A DNA stretch of 64,000 bases from Penicillus capitatus. Lineage: Eukaryota; Plantae; Chlorophyta. The stretch lies in assembly GCA_965649825.1 (NCBI GenBank), contig OZ287699.1:496001-560000 (forward strand), given 5' to 3'. Below the pieces are notes generated by a model that did not search any database, was not told the origin of the DNA, and saw only the letters and a program-made list of their open reading frames with translations. Below are positions 1-13,469 of this stretch, piece after piece (within the stretch, counting starts at the first letter, position 1; every line of letters begins with the position of its first letter). The translations under genes were made by a program, and so were the position numbers.

Positions 1-380
1 CTCGTAGCGGGTGTCTTCGCTCTGTTCAGAGAGCGTCAGCGGCTTCGTCCACCAAAGATGATCATCTGCTTCGAAAGGAATGGAACCCGAACACGGCAGT
101 CCAGAATCGGGTAGGGTTTGGCTCTGGTGGCTGGAAATGGTGGTCATCAGCGACTGTCCGCTGTGATGTGATGCCAAACTCGACGCCTTTCTATATTTTT
201 CCTTGAGCATTTCATCCACTTGTTGCATATGTATGGTGCCTTGAAGTGAGCGTTTGAGTTCCTTGTAGAGCGGGTTGCTTTCCCAAGTGCGAGGAGGTAT
301 CGGGGCACTGAAATCGACACTCGAAAGAAATCTGGACAACAACTCCTCGGAGGAACCCCAAGCCGAACAACTCTCTTCAT
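1..380 (-). CDS. Possible 5' part of an unknown gene running off the left edge
   Basis: ORF 147..380 followed by a frame that stays open to position 1 (..ADDHHFQPPEPNP..EDTRYE); no recognisable homology, splice join uncertain. Confidence 0.25.
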
Positions 381-591
381 CCGAGAGGCGCTGACTTAAC
401 ACGCCAACTCTCCGGTTTGACTGCCTCTGAGGCATAACACGCTCGAAAAGGCAGCAAAACGGATGACACCTCTGTCCGGCGAAACAATGCCCGAAGCGAA
501 AATGAAAGAACCCGTCCACAAAAGTCGCAGAACGTGTTTAGAGAAGGGACGGTTAAGATGGCATCCGTAGAAGCTCATTATCGGGCAGCGA

Positions 592-2717
592 TCACCATTG
601 GTACTTGGCTTCGATCAGGACCTCGTGATAGCGCACGGCGACACAACTCCAGTCCAATTCCTGAACCATGCCACGCTGACGCAGCAGCCGGAACGACTCC
701 GGAAACTGATGGTAGGTGTGGAGAGCATGGCCGACAGCCACTCGCAGAGATTCCGACTGCGCCCACTCGAACGTCCATCCCGTTCCGCTCTCTTCAAAGG
801 GATTGAAAGGCTCTACCGTATCCCGAAGGCCTCCCACGGCATGCACGACAGGAACGGTACCGTAAGCAAGGGCATAGAGCTGTGTCAGGCCACATGGTTC
901 GAAACGCGATGGCATGAGCAACAGGTCGCATCCAGCAGTGATGCGATGGGCTGTGGCGATGGAGAATCCCACCCAGCTGCGACATTGCTCCGGTCTTCGG
1001 CGCTCCATCTCGCGCAAATCCTCTTCCAGATCTTCACGTCCCTTTCCGAGAAACACGAGTTGAGCGCCTTCGCTCATGAGCCAATCGAAATTGTCGCGTA
1101 TCAAATCGACGCCTTTCTGATGATCGAGTCGACCGATGAATCCTAGCAGGGGTACCTTTGGTCGGATGGGCAGACCCAGTTCTCTTTGTAAGGCGGCTTT
1201 GCATGTTGCTTTCCGATCGAGAGACGTCAGCGAGTAGTTCACGTAGCCATCTCGTTGGAGATAAGGATCGGTAGCCGGATTCCAGATCGCACGATCGATT
1301 CCGTTCACGATGCCGCGGAGTTTCCAGCTTTGGTCTCTCAACACAGCATCCAAACCCCAACCGCCCTCTTCTGTCTGGCATTCCCAAGCATACCCGTGCG
1401 AGACGGCAACGATTCTGTGGCTGTGAATCAGCGCAGCCTTCATTAGATTCATGTGCTCTCCGCCGGTCGGATCGCAGAGACGGAAGGCGTCCGAGTAATG
1501 GTCGGGAATTTCGAACAGGGGTAGCTCAGATAATGGCCCACGTCCCTGAAAAGCAATGTTGTGAAGAACGAAGAGCGATCTGGCATAGAGCAGTTTCCCG
1601 TGTTCTTGATAGTGTGCCTGAACATATCGCCCTCTGTTGATTTGACAGAGAAAGAGTCTGTCTAACTTTTAGGTAGACAGGGAGCAAAGCTGAATGCCAG
1701 TCATTGGCGATAAAGACAAGACTGGCGTCTCCATACACAACGCCGCCACAAGGAACGTGCCACGGTGTTTCCAGAGCTGCTTTGCAGAGCAGGGCACAAC
1801 GAAACGTCACATCAAGTCTAGATCCACCATACAGGTCGTTGCCTCTGTTGTGAAAAGAGGGATGATCGACGAACACAAAATCCACTCCATCTCTAAACGT
1901 GTGATAGTATGCCACCTGGGCAAGAAACGCAGATTGTCTTGGAAGGAATGGTCATTTGGTTCGTGCTTCGTGCAGGGCACCGAAAACACGGTAGTGCATC
2001 TGGATGCCCGTAAAAGAGGTTCCTGGATACGGTTGATAGCGTGGAGAGACGACCATGACACGATGTCCCAAGGCACTCAGCGACTTTGGCAAGGCACCTA
2101 CCACATCTGCCAGTCCACCTAATCCCAACCGAACCTGTGCTGTCACATCATACCGTTTTCTGTACCTGTCTTGGAATAGGGGGCACATTCTGCTGCAACG
2201 ACGACGATGTTGAGCGCCTCTTGCTCGACAGAAGGGACAGAAGCGTCCTGCGTCGATCCGAATGGCAGCTCAGGTCCTGGCTGAAAAGGCTCCTGTCCCT
2301 GCAGTCGCATGTGATAATCGATAACGAAACGATCCGATCGGTGGACTCCTTACGATATCGATAGGCTCACCCAGTGCGTTCAACCTGCTGCGAAGCTCGG
2401 CGTGCAATCGTTTCTTCACCTCAATCTGGTGAGCGTCAAATGCGTTTTAGACGTTCGTGGACGTCGACAGCGGGATCGTGTTTGACCTCCTGAATCAGTT
2501 CATCGTATTTTTGCTTCAGCAGACGATGCTGCGACGCCGGCGGTTCTCTCGATCGATCGATTCTTGATTCCACGCGTTGGTCTTCTCGAGACCGTGCGGC
2601 GATGAAACGATGACGCCGTTGGAACGATTCGCGGCGATCGGCATCGAATCGACAACGCGTCTTCGATCGGTCGTTTCTCTGCCATCGCGTCGTGGACCGC
2701 CCCGATCCCGATCGCAT
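592..2717 (-). CDS. SS2: Soluble starch synthase II (GT5), plastid-targeted, multi-exon
   Basis: Spliced motifs [60 protein letters not shown] and the SSII-type C-terminus AKYQW; start codon approximate (Arg/Ser-rich leader from 2717). Confidence 0.93.
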
Positions 2718-2861
2718 GATGCAAATCGCGTTTCTGTGGTTCCCGCCTATGAAACGACGTCGACCCATCGCAGAAAGGACGTTGATGTGACCACAGACAC
2801 CGTTGCTCTCGTCGCGTCAACCGAAACAGATCTCACAGAACAGGCGGTCCAGGAATTTCCC

Positions 2862-3988
2862 CTATTGCCCGATGTAGCCATGTTGGACGAGAAGCTCTCG
2901 CGCGGCATTGTTGATGTGACTAAAACGTGCAGGTCCCAAGAGCACACCACCGTACCATCGCGTCACGCACACCGCCACGTTCTGGACCTTCGTCACCTGT
3001 CACATCACCGCCATCTTTCGACGACGCATCCTGATTGATGTCCAGCACCTGCAGAAGGTGCAGCAGTCGTCCTCCCGCGGCAGTCTCTCCGTCATCGTCG
3101 CAGTCCTGAATGAACGCCTGCGTTGCCGGATGAACAATCCTGACAAGAGCAAAGATGTTACGCAGAAGAGAGCCGTCATCTTGTCCGACCTGTACGCCAG
3201 AATATTGTGTGTGGCGTTTCGGATCTTGTTGTTCGACAGAAGGTACTGCATCATGGTTTGCACTTCATCGACAGATGTCACATCACACAGATGCGCCTGG
3301 CATCACACGACTCTCTCTCTCCTGGCCATGGCGGAGGACGTCGACCTGAAAAGTCGATTTTCTTTCGGTAAACGGCTCTCCGTGGATGACTCTTTCCTTC
3401 ATCTCCTGCATCGCCTTGACCGTGTCCTCATTCTTCTCGACATTCGGCGCAGGAGATGGCGCTCTTGGACTGACTGGAGTTGGCTCATACAGCTCTGGGT
3501 GTTGCTGGATCCATTCGATGCACTCGTACAATACAGGTATCGCTAGAACAGCACATGGCGGCGCTAAAAGTCGTTTGATGTCTACCTGGACGGAAGAGTC
3601 CTGTCAGCTTTTGCAGCATCCATGTCCGCACATCGACATCCAGATGATGGGCGATAACGGAGAGACGTGGGCCCTCGTCCGATGGATATCCAAAAGGCAG
3701 CTGAAACTGAAGAACGATCTTGATGGTCGTCTCCACGCTCGGCACGTGAACCTGACAACCGTGGCAAATTGTACGCCACCCGACGACACTGTGCAGAATG
3801 CCGTCGGCATTGTGGCACCTCGCACCGTCGAACATCTCCTCGCTCAACGCGGAAATCGTCGCCAAAAATCGCTTCCAGTCCCGAGAGCTCTTCCTCTTGC
3901 GCCGCCAGATTTTCTACAGACGCACAGGGCAAGTCATAACGCCCTTATCAGCACTCGCCAGCAGCGCACGTTCTTTTTCTGCGTCCAT
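2862..3988 (-). CDS. IMPACT: IMPACT/YIH1 family protein (RWD + UPF0029 domains)
   Basis: Spliced: MDAEKEQNLAAQEEELSGLEAIFGD..LPFGYPS (RWD); ERKSTFQAHL, ATHNILAYR, DCDDDGETAAGGRLLHLLQ, VTRWYGGVLLGPARFSHINNAARELL; stop at 2862-2864. Confidence 0.93.
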
Positions 3989-4053
3989 TTTGGCGCGACA
4001 AGGGACAGGGCAGCCGATAAGCTGAATGTCCTTTCGAGGACGTCAGCGAACGA

Positions 4054-6264
4054 TTACATGATTTCATAAACACGTAGAATGACGCCGATCACGATGATAC
4101 AGAGCGCGCAGATCAAGGCGGCTCGACTTCGGAGCCATTGTTTGATCCTCTTGGTCACCTCGGAGCTTCTCTGTGCAAAGCCTGCTGCCTTGGCAAGCAT
4201 CTCCATCTGACGAGGACTCATGCCTCTCATCTGTCGCACAATCCCTCGAGCCTGTGCACAACATCCCTTGTGAGAATTCACGCGCATACATTGGCAGTGG
4301 TTCACCCGATCTTCGTCTGTGCACATTCCTGAACTGCGGACCATCTGGACGACGGTGTCTTCGTCCATGGACTGCAGCATCTTGAGTGTGTGATGGATGG
4401 TATTGGGGTCAGAAGTGAAGGAACTGGCAGTCGGCATCGAACCACTGGCCATCATACTCTGCATCGAAGCGATATCGTCTGGCGACATGTTCTCCATCAC
4501 TTTGCCCATCGCCTCCATCATATCAGGCGAAAGAGCAGGCTAACGACAGACGACCACATCTCTGAAGCATCTTTCAAAAGGACACCGTACGTTGGCAGTT
4601 TCCGTGATTGAAGGCGAAGCAGATGCTGTGCTGGATCTGGGATTGGCCTGAACAGCAGACATCCTGGGAAGACATGTCCAATAAGACCGCCGCCTGCTTC
4701 TCTTTGGCAGAGTCTGTACCGTTCCTGTGTCTGTCGTGCCATTTTCGGCAGGTTCTTGAGCTGGTCCGCATCCATGCGCGATATCGAATCCGCTGCTTTC
4801 TGCATAATCTCCGGTGTTAGCTTCAATCCCTGTCCATGACCCGCTGCCCGACTCAGTCGATCCAATTCCTCCTGCGACATGTTTTTCATCGACTCTGCCT
4901 GTGTCCTGACCAAATCTGGATTCGACTATAGCAATCCTCGAGTCACAAAGATGACGAGGCCGAGAGCGGTCTAACTTGAAACATGTCCGAAACGAGATCA
5001 ATGTTATCGGAATTCAGATGGTAGGAGGCAGAAGACGATCCTGCAGATGGCGCCGCCGTTTCTGACTGACTGGCATTGAGCTTCTTTGCCAGATTGGACA
5101 TTTGCGTCAGGGTTTCTGGATCCGCATCCTTCATGGCAGAGTGGGCGGTTCTCACCATTTCTGGACTGACATCCAGTCCTGTCATCTTGCTCATGTGGCA
5201 AATCTCCTCATCCGTCATGTTCTCAACAGCCTCGGCCGATCTTCGCCAGGCCTCGGTCTCATGGTCGGTCACTCCAGGAGACACCTGAATCTCAGATGCA
5301 CTGCGTAGGTAGGACAGCAGGACCGACGGAACTGACCTCTTCGACCGGGATCTCTTCAACCGTATCGACCCCTGTGTTGTCCTCTTTCACTGGGGAAATT
5401 TCCATTTCGGCAAGCTGCCGAACAACTTCATCGATTTTCTGTTGGATCAATGCCTGCTCGGTGGCATCTCCTTCCTTGAGTTGCAGCGTCTGCTTGAGAT
5501 CCGACAGCGCTTCTGGATACTTCTTTCGGTGCATGTAAGCCTGGCCTCGACGATAGAGTGCCTTCACGTTCGTTGGGTCGTCTGATCAGGGCAGAACGAA
5601 GACATTGTTGATATGGATCTCCCGATCCAGAACGTCGTCCCTTACCTTTCAGCACTTCCGCACAGTATCTGATGCATTCGGTATAGAGCTCCAGTTTCAG
5701 ATAACACATGGCCATGTTGAGCAGACAACTGACGATCAGTTCGCTGCTACGCTTGTCAGCACAGAGCGTGAGATTATCCCGAGCGCGCTCATATTTCGCA
5801 ACCGCAGCCATATAGTTTCCATTCTTGAACAGTGTATTCCCCTCATTCTTGAGTGACAGCGACGCCTGTTTGCCAATGACGTGACCATGAGGAGAGTTAA
5901 GTGTGAGGATGCCAACGTCGTAGGCGTAAGCTTGTCTTGCTTGGACAGTGGAGCTGATGGAGGGGAGGGAAGATGGATCCGTATTCTGCATCTTCTTCTC
6001 AATTCGCTCGATTTCGGCAGGAGACATCGTCGACATGCGTTGCTGCATGCGCTGCATAGCCGCCGGAGAAACATTGCCCATCTGATTCTTTATCTGCGCC
6101 AACTATCGGCCACAACAACACCGTCTGAAGCAACGGAGACGTTGTTGTCCTGGTATACCTGTTCGGGAGTCATGCGACTCTACAAAAGCAAAAGTGAGCG
6201 AAGGCGTGTGCAGGCAGAGGTGGACCATTTGTTCCATTGCGAGTTTTTGAAGACGTCCGTCCAT
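4054..6264 (-). CDS. OEP61: Outer envelope protein 61-like TPR protein with Met-rich repeats and C-terminal TM anchor
   Basis: MEQMSRMTPEQ N-terminus; TPR clamp LKNEGNTLFKNGNY..CLLNMAMCYLKL..KALYRRGQAY; repeated MKNMS/MENMSPDD units; hydrophobic C-tail. Confidence 0.85.
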
Positions 6265-6934
6265 TGCGACGATACACGTTCCAATTCTATACGCTCTCAG
6301 ATGTTGCTCGGACTCAGCAGCGATATACGCGTTAGATGGGCAAATAACGAAGGCGTTTTCATCGAAACGGCGTCACTTATCACTCGTACCTATCTGATCT
6401 GGAGCGCTCTCTGCATTGTCTTTTCTTCCGGAGGAATAAAACACACTAAACTTCTCACCAATGCGCGAACAGTATTGCGAACAAAGAATCGACGCTATTG
6501 AGCAGGAGACTGTCTGCCAGTTTCAGTCCGACTTGGATGGCTGATCTCGGCGTCAGTGGATACCGCGATCTCGATGGTGACGTCTTCGCAGCACGTAACA
6601 ATCGTACCGCCCAGCCGAAGTCTTCAATTCGAAGACGATCAGGCTGCTCCTGTCCCACGGATCCGATTTCTAGAAGACTATTTTCGCAAGCGAGAAGAAA
6701 CCGTCATCAGATGACGCCGAGTACACTTGACTCTCAAGGGCTTACCAGATTCCGGCACACGAACACACCTACCATTCTGGGCAAGAAGCTGAGAGATCAG
6801 ACGAAGAGGTGGATAGCGGAGGCAGCTGCATGTCGAAGAAGTCGTACGCATTTGACAACAGTCCCGTCGACCTGATCCATTATCCCATTTCCATTCCTTT
6901 CTTTGTAGCAGAGCCGCTTAAGCTCCATGCAACG

Positions 6935-9900
6935 ATGGTGCACTTGTGGAGGATCATAACGGTGACAGCAGCGCTTCTTTTGCTTCCATACGTTCGATCA
7001 AATGGCCTACGTGGCGACCCACACGAACTCACAGGTATCTGACAGTCGCAATACACAATGCGAAGAGTGCCAACTCGTAAGATGTTATCGACGCGGGTGG
7101 TCGACTCGAGTGTTCTTGTGGTTGTATGACGCTGCTACGTCGTACTTAGAGACAGTGCGTACAACGCGACGCTGTCGCGTTCACGTGTCCTCTCAGCAAC
7201 GGTCGGCAACATCCGTGCACCTGTGTAGGGAAAACACCTCGGCCGAAAAGCAATGTTGTACAAAGAGACATAAAGGACACTAGCTTCGTCAAATCGGTAA
7301 GCGCCGGGCTGTTTCGAGCGTTTTCGTGAAATCTCTTCGTTGCCTGAAGTGGGCATCGAAGAAGAGTCGCCAACTCAGGCAGCAGGGCAACAGTAAACGC
7401 ATGCCTTTCCATGCCGATCGGGTAAAGCTTCTTTTTCTGTCACAGACGACAGATGTCGAGAGTTGAGAGAGACCTTCTATAATAAAAGACGTGGGTCATG
7501 GATTGTCACGGAGGCAGTGGAGACGTATGGAGGACTCTCTGAAGTCGTGAAGTGCACTCGAGACGACGATACCGTCAGGATCGCCGAATCGATAGCTTCT
7601 CTGGAGCTTCAGGAGACCATCATGATCCCAAAAACCATCACCATTACGACAAGCACAAACGTCAAATCACATAGAGATGACACGGACCAGCTGGTTGTAC
7701 AGAAGACGCAATTGACCTGTCCAGACGAACAGAGTGGCGTGTTTGACATCAGGTATGCGTTGGGTGTGGCATCCTGGCTGACATACCGTGAGCATAGGGC
7801 TTCTGGTGTTGTCCTGGAGAACCTCATCATCCAGGACTGCAACATGATCAAAGGGGCAAAATCGCCGATCACTGTCCGAGGCGCCGGCAACATCACACTA
7901 GTGAATGTGGAATTCAGAGACAATCAGCATGCGTCTGGCAATCCTTCGGCGCTGTCTTTTACAAAGGCGGCTAAATCTTCATTGACGATGATGGATGTAG
8001 TTTTCGAGGGGAACAATGGTGGGTCTGCTGTGGTGAAGCTCCCCCACACAGTCGAGATGGCACATGTCACAGCGAACCGTAACAGAGCAAAGACTGCAGT
8101 GTTCAAAGTTCCGCCACAATCCAACACGTCCATCGTGCATCTTAACGCTGTCGACAACAACGCGACCGTCATGAGTCTACAGAACGCATACCTGTCTCTG
8201 TCTAGATCTCTTTTTGCTGGCAATAAAAACTCAGAGAGTACTGGCGGCGCTCTGCGGATCACAGATGCTTCCACGGTGACCATCTTGGACTGCCACTTCG
8301 AAGGCAACGAAGCGAACGATGGAGGGGCACTCTATGTCACCGACTCAAATATCGCCCTGGTGAAGACGGTCTTCAAGAAACAGAAGGCCAGTAATGACGG
8401 CGCCGCCTGTTACTTCAGTGATGCCAATGCGACTGTGACAGCGTGCACCTTCGAAGAGAACGACGCAAAGAACGATGCAGGGGCGATTCGTGCAGAGGGA
8501 GGACACCTGTTATGTCAAAGAACAGAGTTCCTAAGAAACGCCGCACAGAATACGGGTGGATGCTTCAAGCTCGATCGAAGCAAAACGGTCCTCAAAGAAT
8601 CGAGCTTCATTGCAAACAAGGCTATCTTCGGCGCCGTATTCCGATCAGAGAATTCGATCAAGACGAAGGTATTGAGATGCAAGATTGAGGACAATGCTGC
8701 CGAGAACACAGGCGGCGCTTGTGCTTTCGATGCCGACATCTTCACGATCGCAGACTCCGAATTGAGGAACAACAGCGCAGCATACGGGCCTGCCTTGTTT
8801 GCTCAGAAGTCGAAACCGGGATCGAAGATTGTGAACACCGTGTACGAAGAGAACCATGCGACGCTCCTCGGAGGAGTGGGTCTTCTCGACTTCGGAAACC
8901 TGACGCTGCACAACGTCACCTTCACGAGGAACCGTGCCTATCTGGGAGGTGGATTCTACTTCCTCCATATGCACGTGATTGGATCGGAGCTCGTCTTCAC
9001 CGAGAACAGTGCTTCGGAGGGCGGGGCATTCACAGCGGTCGAATCAAGCATCCGCATCCGTCCACGCAGCCGATCTGCCTTAGGGACCGCCTCTTTCGGA
9101 ATGAAAGCCGTTGGGAATGTTGCGAGAAACGGAGGAGGGGTAAGTGCTGCACTTTTGATCGTTTTTTGAGTTGTGGTCGACAGGCAGTGCAAGTGGACAA
9201 TGCAACCATGCTCATCAACGAGGGAGCGTTTGTGAACTGTTCTGGAGTCGAGGGTGGAGCCATCAGAGTATTGGGAGGGGCGCTTGATGTCCGCATCAAG
9301 AACACTGTGTTTTCAGGCAACAGTGCTGAGGAATCGGGCGGAAGTGTCTATGCAAGGGCAGATGATGGCAGTTCTACCAGTCTCAGCTTCAAAAACGTCT
9401 CATTCCGCAGAAGTGCCTCGGCACAAGCTGGTGGCGCGTGCTATCTGTCATCCATCAACACGACGATCAGAGACTGTGACTTTCAGGAGTGCAGTTCCAT
9501 GTATGGAGGTGCACTCTTGATGCGAATGGGGGCAGTTGCCAAGCATGTCGTGAAGATCACCAACTCGGCAATTCATAAGAACACCGTTACTGACAGTGGT
9601 GGTGGGATTTATGCATCGTCAGAAGTCTCTGTCTTCCTGGAATCGACGAACATCACGAACAACGAGGCTCCACAACGCCATGGAGGTGGCATTGCTGCTG
9701 ACAATGCCCGACTGTCATTGACGACTGTGACGATCGAGAAGAACGCAGCCCAGGAAGGCGGCGGAATTGCTGTCCTAAATGGAGCTATGATTCGCATTCG
9801 TAATACGAAGATTTCTCAGAACTCTGCCAAACACGGAGGCGGAGTTTTCATGCACAACATCACAGATGCCAAGATTCAGGAGACGCAGCTCAACAGGAAC

Positions 9901-12894
9901 AAGGCCGATGGAAAAGGAGGAGGCGTGCTGTTCCAGGACACCCTCTGTGAAGCCAGTCACGTTCGTTTTGGTAGAAACAGAGCGAGAGACGGAGGAGGTC
10001 TTGCGATCGATCAGACTTCCCGTGTGCTTTGCAGCAAATGCAACTTCGTCAACAATACGGCCAATGAAAATGGAGGCGGTATCCATGCAAAGGCCGAAGC
10101 GGGCAGCAGTAACGTCAGCGCGCAGTTGGACGGGTGCGAGTTTTCTGGCAACAGCGCGATATTCGGTGGCGGGATCTACAGCCGGAAGCTGACGACGCAT
10201 CCAGAAGACAGAAATACCTCCTACGAAGAACAGAATGCGAAAACCCAAGGCATTGTGTTGATCAACGCCTCCTTTTCTGGCAATGCAGCAAAGAAAAATG
10301 GATCCGCTGTGCACTCCAATCATAAATCCTTTATTTTTATCTCTTGTCCCGTCTCTGCGACAAACACATCACTGCATTCCATGCTAAAGCCTGAAGACCT
10401 CAAATCTCTCAGAGAAAACAGTCATGATGAAGAGACGTGTCGCAAAGAAGTCATTCGAGGCAACAACGAATCAGCTGCCTTCACGACATACGTCAGGAAG
10501 ATTGAATTGGTCGGTGATGGATTGACGCATTTGAACTCCAATGTCTACCGACTCTCCGAGATCGTGTCGGGAAGTGTTCTGTCACCGATCACTGTGATTC
10601 CACTAGATGACTATGGACAGTTCCCTGCCCTATCTCTCAAAGACGATTTGAGTCCTAAGCTCAAGGGCGACCAGTTAGTCGGAGGCGTCTTTGCTGCGAG
10701 TCTGAATGAGAATGGCAGCTATTCCTTCTCGGGCATCCGGACGAATGTGATGAAGCCTGGCGAGAATCATCTCATCGTCTCGTTTCCCGATGCTGACGAA
10801 TTAGAGAACTTGACGATTCTGGTGAAGGCGAGAGAATGTTATGTGGGTGAGATGCAAAGACAAGATGGTGTCTACTGTGAGGAATGCAGTTCCAGTTCAT
10901 ACACTTTCTCTCCAGAAGACTCGACATGTTCTCCATGTCCTGAAAACGCCAACTGCACCGGAAGCTTCATTTTTCCGCAGAGGGGTTACTGGCTGAACTC
11001 TCCCTGCCACAACCGCACCGTCGAATGCCTGAATCCAGAAGCTTGTGACGGAATAACGCAAGAAGACATTGCCCTCGCTTTTGAGGTTCGCAGCGATCAG
11101 CTCTATCAATTCACAGAACAACTGGAGAAGACATGTCCGGTGACCGAGATCAACCAGACAGCATTCAAACAACTGCAATGCAGAGAGGTGCGCCAAGAGT
11201 TGTAGACATAAGGAAGAGATCAAGCACGTGCATTGTACTCGGCATCTAGGGATATGAAGGAGTGCTGTGTGGCCAATGTTCTGAAGGTCATGGTCTTACA
11301 TCGGTGTACACATGTGTCGATTGTTTGCCTGAGCCAGCACTCATTCTGCTTCTGTTATTGGCTGCTGGATGGATCTATATTGTCGCAGTCATCACCCTCC
11401 ACGGCAGCCGCATCAAATCCAGGGCACTGCTGAAGGACGTTATCTCCCAGCAGAGCAACCAGGGATCGGTGAAAATGGTCCGTCGCTGTTCTACGATGCG
11501 AGCGGATTCCAGGAGAAGTCGACGGAGACGATCAGAGAGCGGTTCCCAACCGTCAGGATCCGAATCGACAAACGTTGAGGTTGTTGTCAACCTGAACTCG
11601 GGTGACAACATCTATAAAGAGAGAGAAGCGCTGCTGGCGAAATGGCAGATGTGTGAGATCATTAAGGCACGTCATGACGTCTGCCCTAACCCTCCAATGT
11701 TGCTCCCATGGTATTGCAGATCGTTGTGAACTTTCTGCAGGCCACCTCTGTCGCTGTCCTTATCAACGTGGAGTGGAAGCAATACATTCTGCAACTCTTC
11801 CGTGGCTCAGGTATGTCAAACGTCGCTATCATGCACGAGCGACATGCGCTCTTTGGTTGGCAGATTTGGCGAGTGGTGCGACGGTGGAGGCTGTCTCCAA
11901 TGCCATACATTGTCTGAATCCCCATTCCGTTTCGCATCCCAGTGTGACAAGTACACTGACAGTTCTCTTTGGGCCCTTTCTGATCGCCACGACGTTTGCC
12001 GTCTTCTACTTTGCGATCGTGATGGCAGGCGCCATTGACAGGAAAACGGCAACGAAGCATTTTCTTCTGAGCTTCTTCGCCATCCTGTACTTCAACTATT
12101 CCAACGTTACAAGGCAGAGCTTAACTGTCTTCCTCTGCATCGGCGTGCCGGGCGACGATTTCGCCGACACCGATTCCATGCGATATGTCTGGGCACAGGA
12201 TACATCGATGGAATGCAAAGCGGGGCGGCACAGAGTACTCATTGCTATTGCTTCCTTATTCATTGGTGTTATTTCTTTCGGATTCCCTATCGCTTGCTCT
12301 TTTGTGCACTATGCCTACCAGCACCTGAACCTCGATTCCTCTGGCAATCTCTACGATGTCATGGGATTTATGTTTCGAGCCTATGACACCACCTACCCCT
12401 ACTGGGAAAGCCTCATTATGCTACGCAAAGCCTGCCTATCACTCGTGGCCGTTTTTTCCTATCGTCTTGGGGGGACAACTCAGGGTCTGTTAGCATCGGC
12501 TATGCTGATTACCTGCCTTTTCCTGCACACTATGTGCCGGCCTTTCAGAGATGAATTCAGGGATCTCAACAAATACGAATCCTACTCGCTCATCGTTTCC
12601 TGTATGACGTACCTTCTCGCTGGCTTCTTCGTAGATGACAGGGCTTCCGAGGTGGTAAAACTTCTTTTGTCTGCCTATCTTATGGTTATGATTACGGGTT
12701 TCGTTCTGCTGATGTTCTATGTTTTCATCAAAAGCACAATTTGGTTCATGGAAGCGGATTTGCAAATGGTTAATGTTGAGCTTACCGATGCATCCCTCGT
12801 TGCGTTGGTGCTCTTGTGGGCTGCGTATCGTACGGGGTACAAGAAACCACCTCCATCGCAGGCTGCAGAATGCGAAATGTCAAATGTTACATAG
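6935..12894 (+). CDS. Large surface protein: signal peptide, GGA(I/L/V)/FxxN right-handed beta-helix (Pmp-like) repeats, Cys-rich region, multi-pass TM C-terminus
   Basis: Signal-like MVHLWRIITVTAALLLLPYVRS; ORFs 7463..9169 and 8719..11205 with many FxxN..GGA motifs; CxxC..CxxCPxxAxC module; 7 or more hydrophobic segments including YWESLIMLRK in 11262..12894. Confidence 0.8.
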
Positions 12895-13469
12895 ATTTCA
12901 TGTTCCATGCATGCCATGCCATTCTTTATGCCGGATGGCTTTCCAATGATACACATTCGTCTTGGAACGTTTTCAACCTTTGTTAGATGCATCGATCCGT
13001 CTCCGCCGCCTTTCTCGATCGCGTTCTCTACACATGGCTTTTGCCCCATACAATCGAGCCCGATCATTTGGCACGTCGTTTTCGTGCTCCATACAAGATT
13101 CCATCGAATTGTGGTAGGGGGTTCACATCTTATCACCACTAAGAATCTACAGAGGGGCGGCTGCCTCTAGGGTCTCTGCTTCTAGGAGGTCATCCACAGC
13201 TGCACGGTATCTGTATCGCATGAAAGCCAGGCGATTCCATCACTCTTCTGTGTGGCCCTATAGTTAATGGGTGACATCAAATCGGCGTCAGACTGCTTCA
13301 TGGTGCGAGCATTCAAGAAGCTTCTCAACCGTTTCGTACATCACTGTACCCCACGCACTATAGAAATAAAGCAGATAGCGGTGCTCAAGTAGAAGTCTGC
13401 TCATCGACTGCGTTTACCGGCTTCGAAGCCCTAACTCGTCTTCGCCAACCATCGTATCCGAAATCCACA

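Noticed and set aside
598-1146. Long antisense ORFs over SS2 (and similar ones over NPF, OEP61, AGPase and PFL)
   Set aside because: In-register shadow ORFs of real genes on the opposite strand
6455-6658. 67-aa ORF between OEP61 and the large surface-protein gene
   Set aside because: No motif or convincing splice extension; probably promoter or UTR sequence
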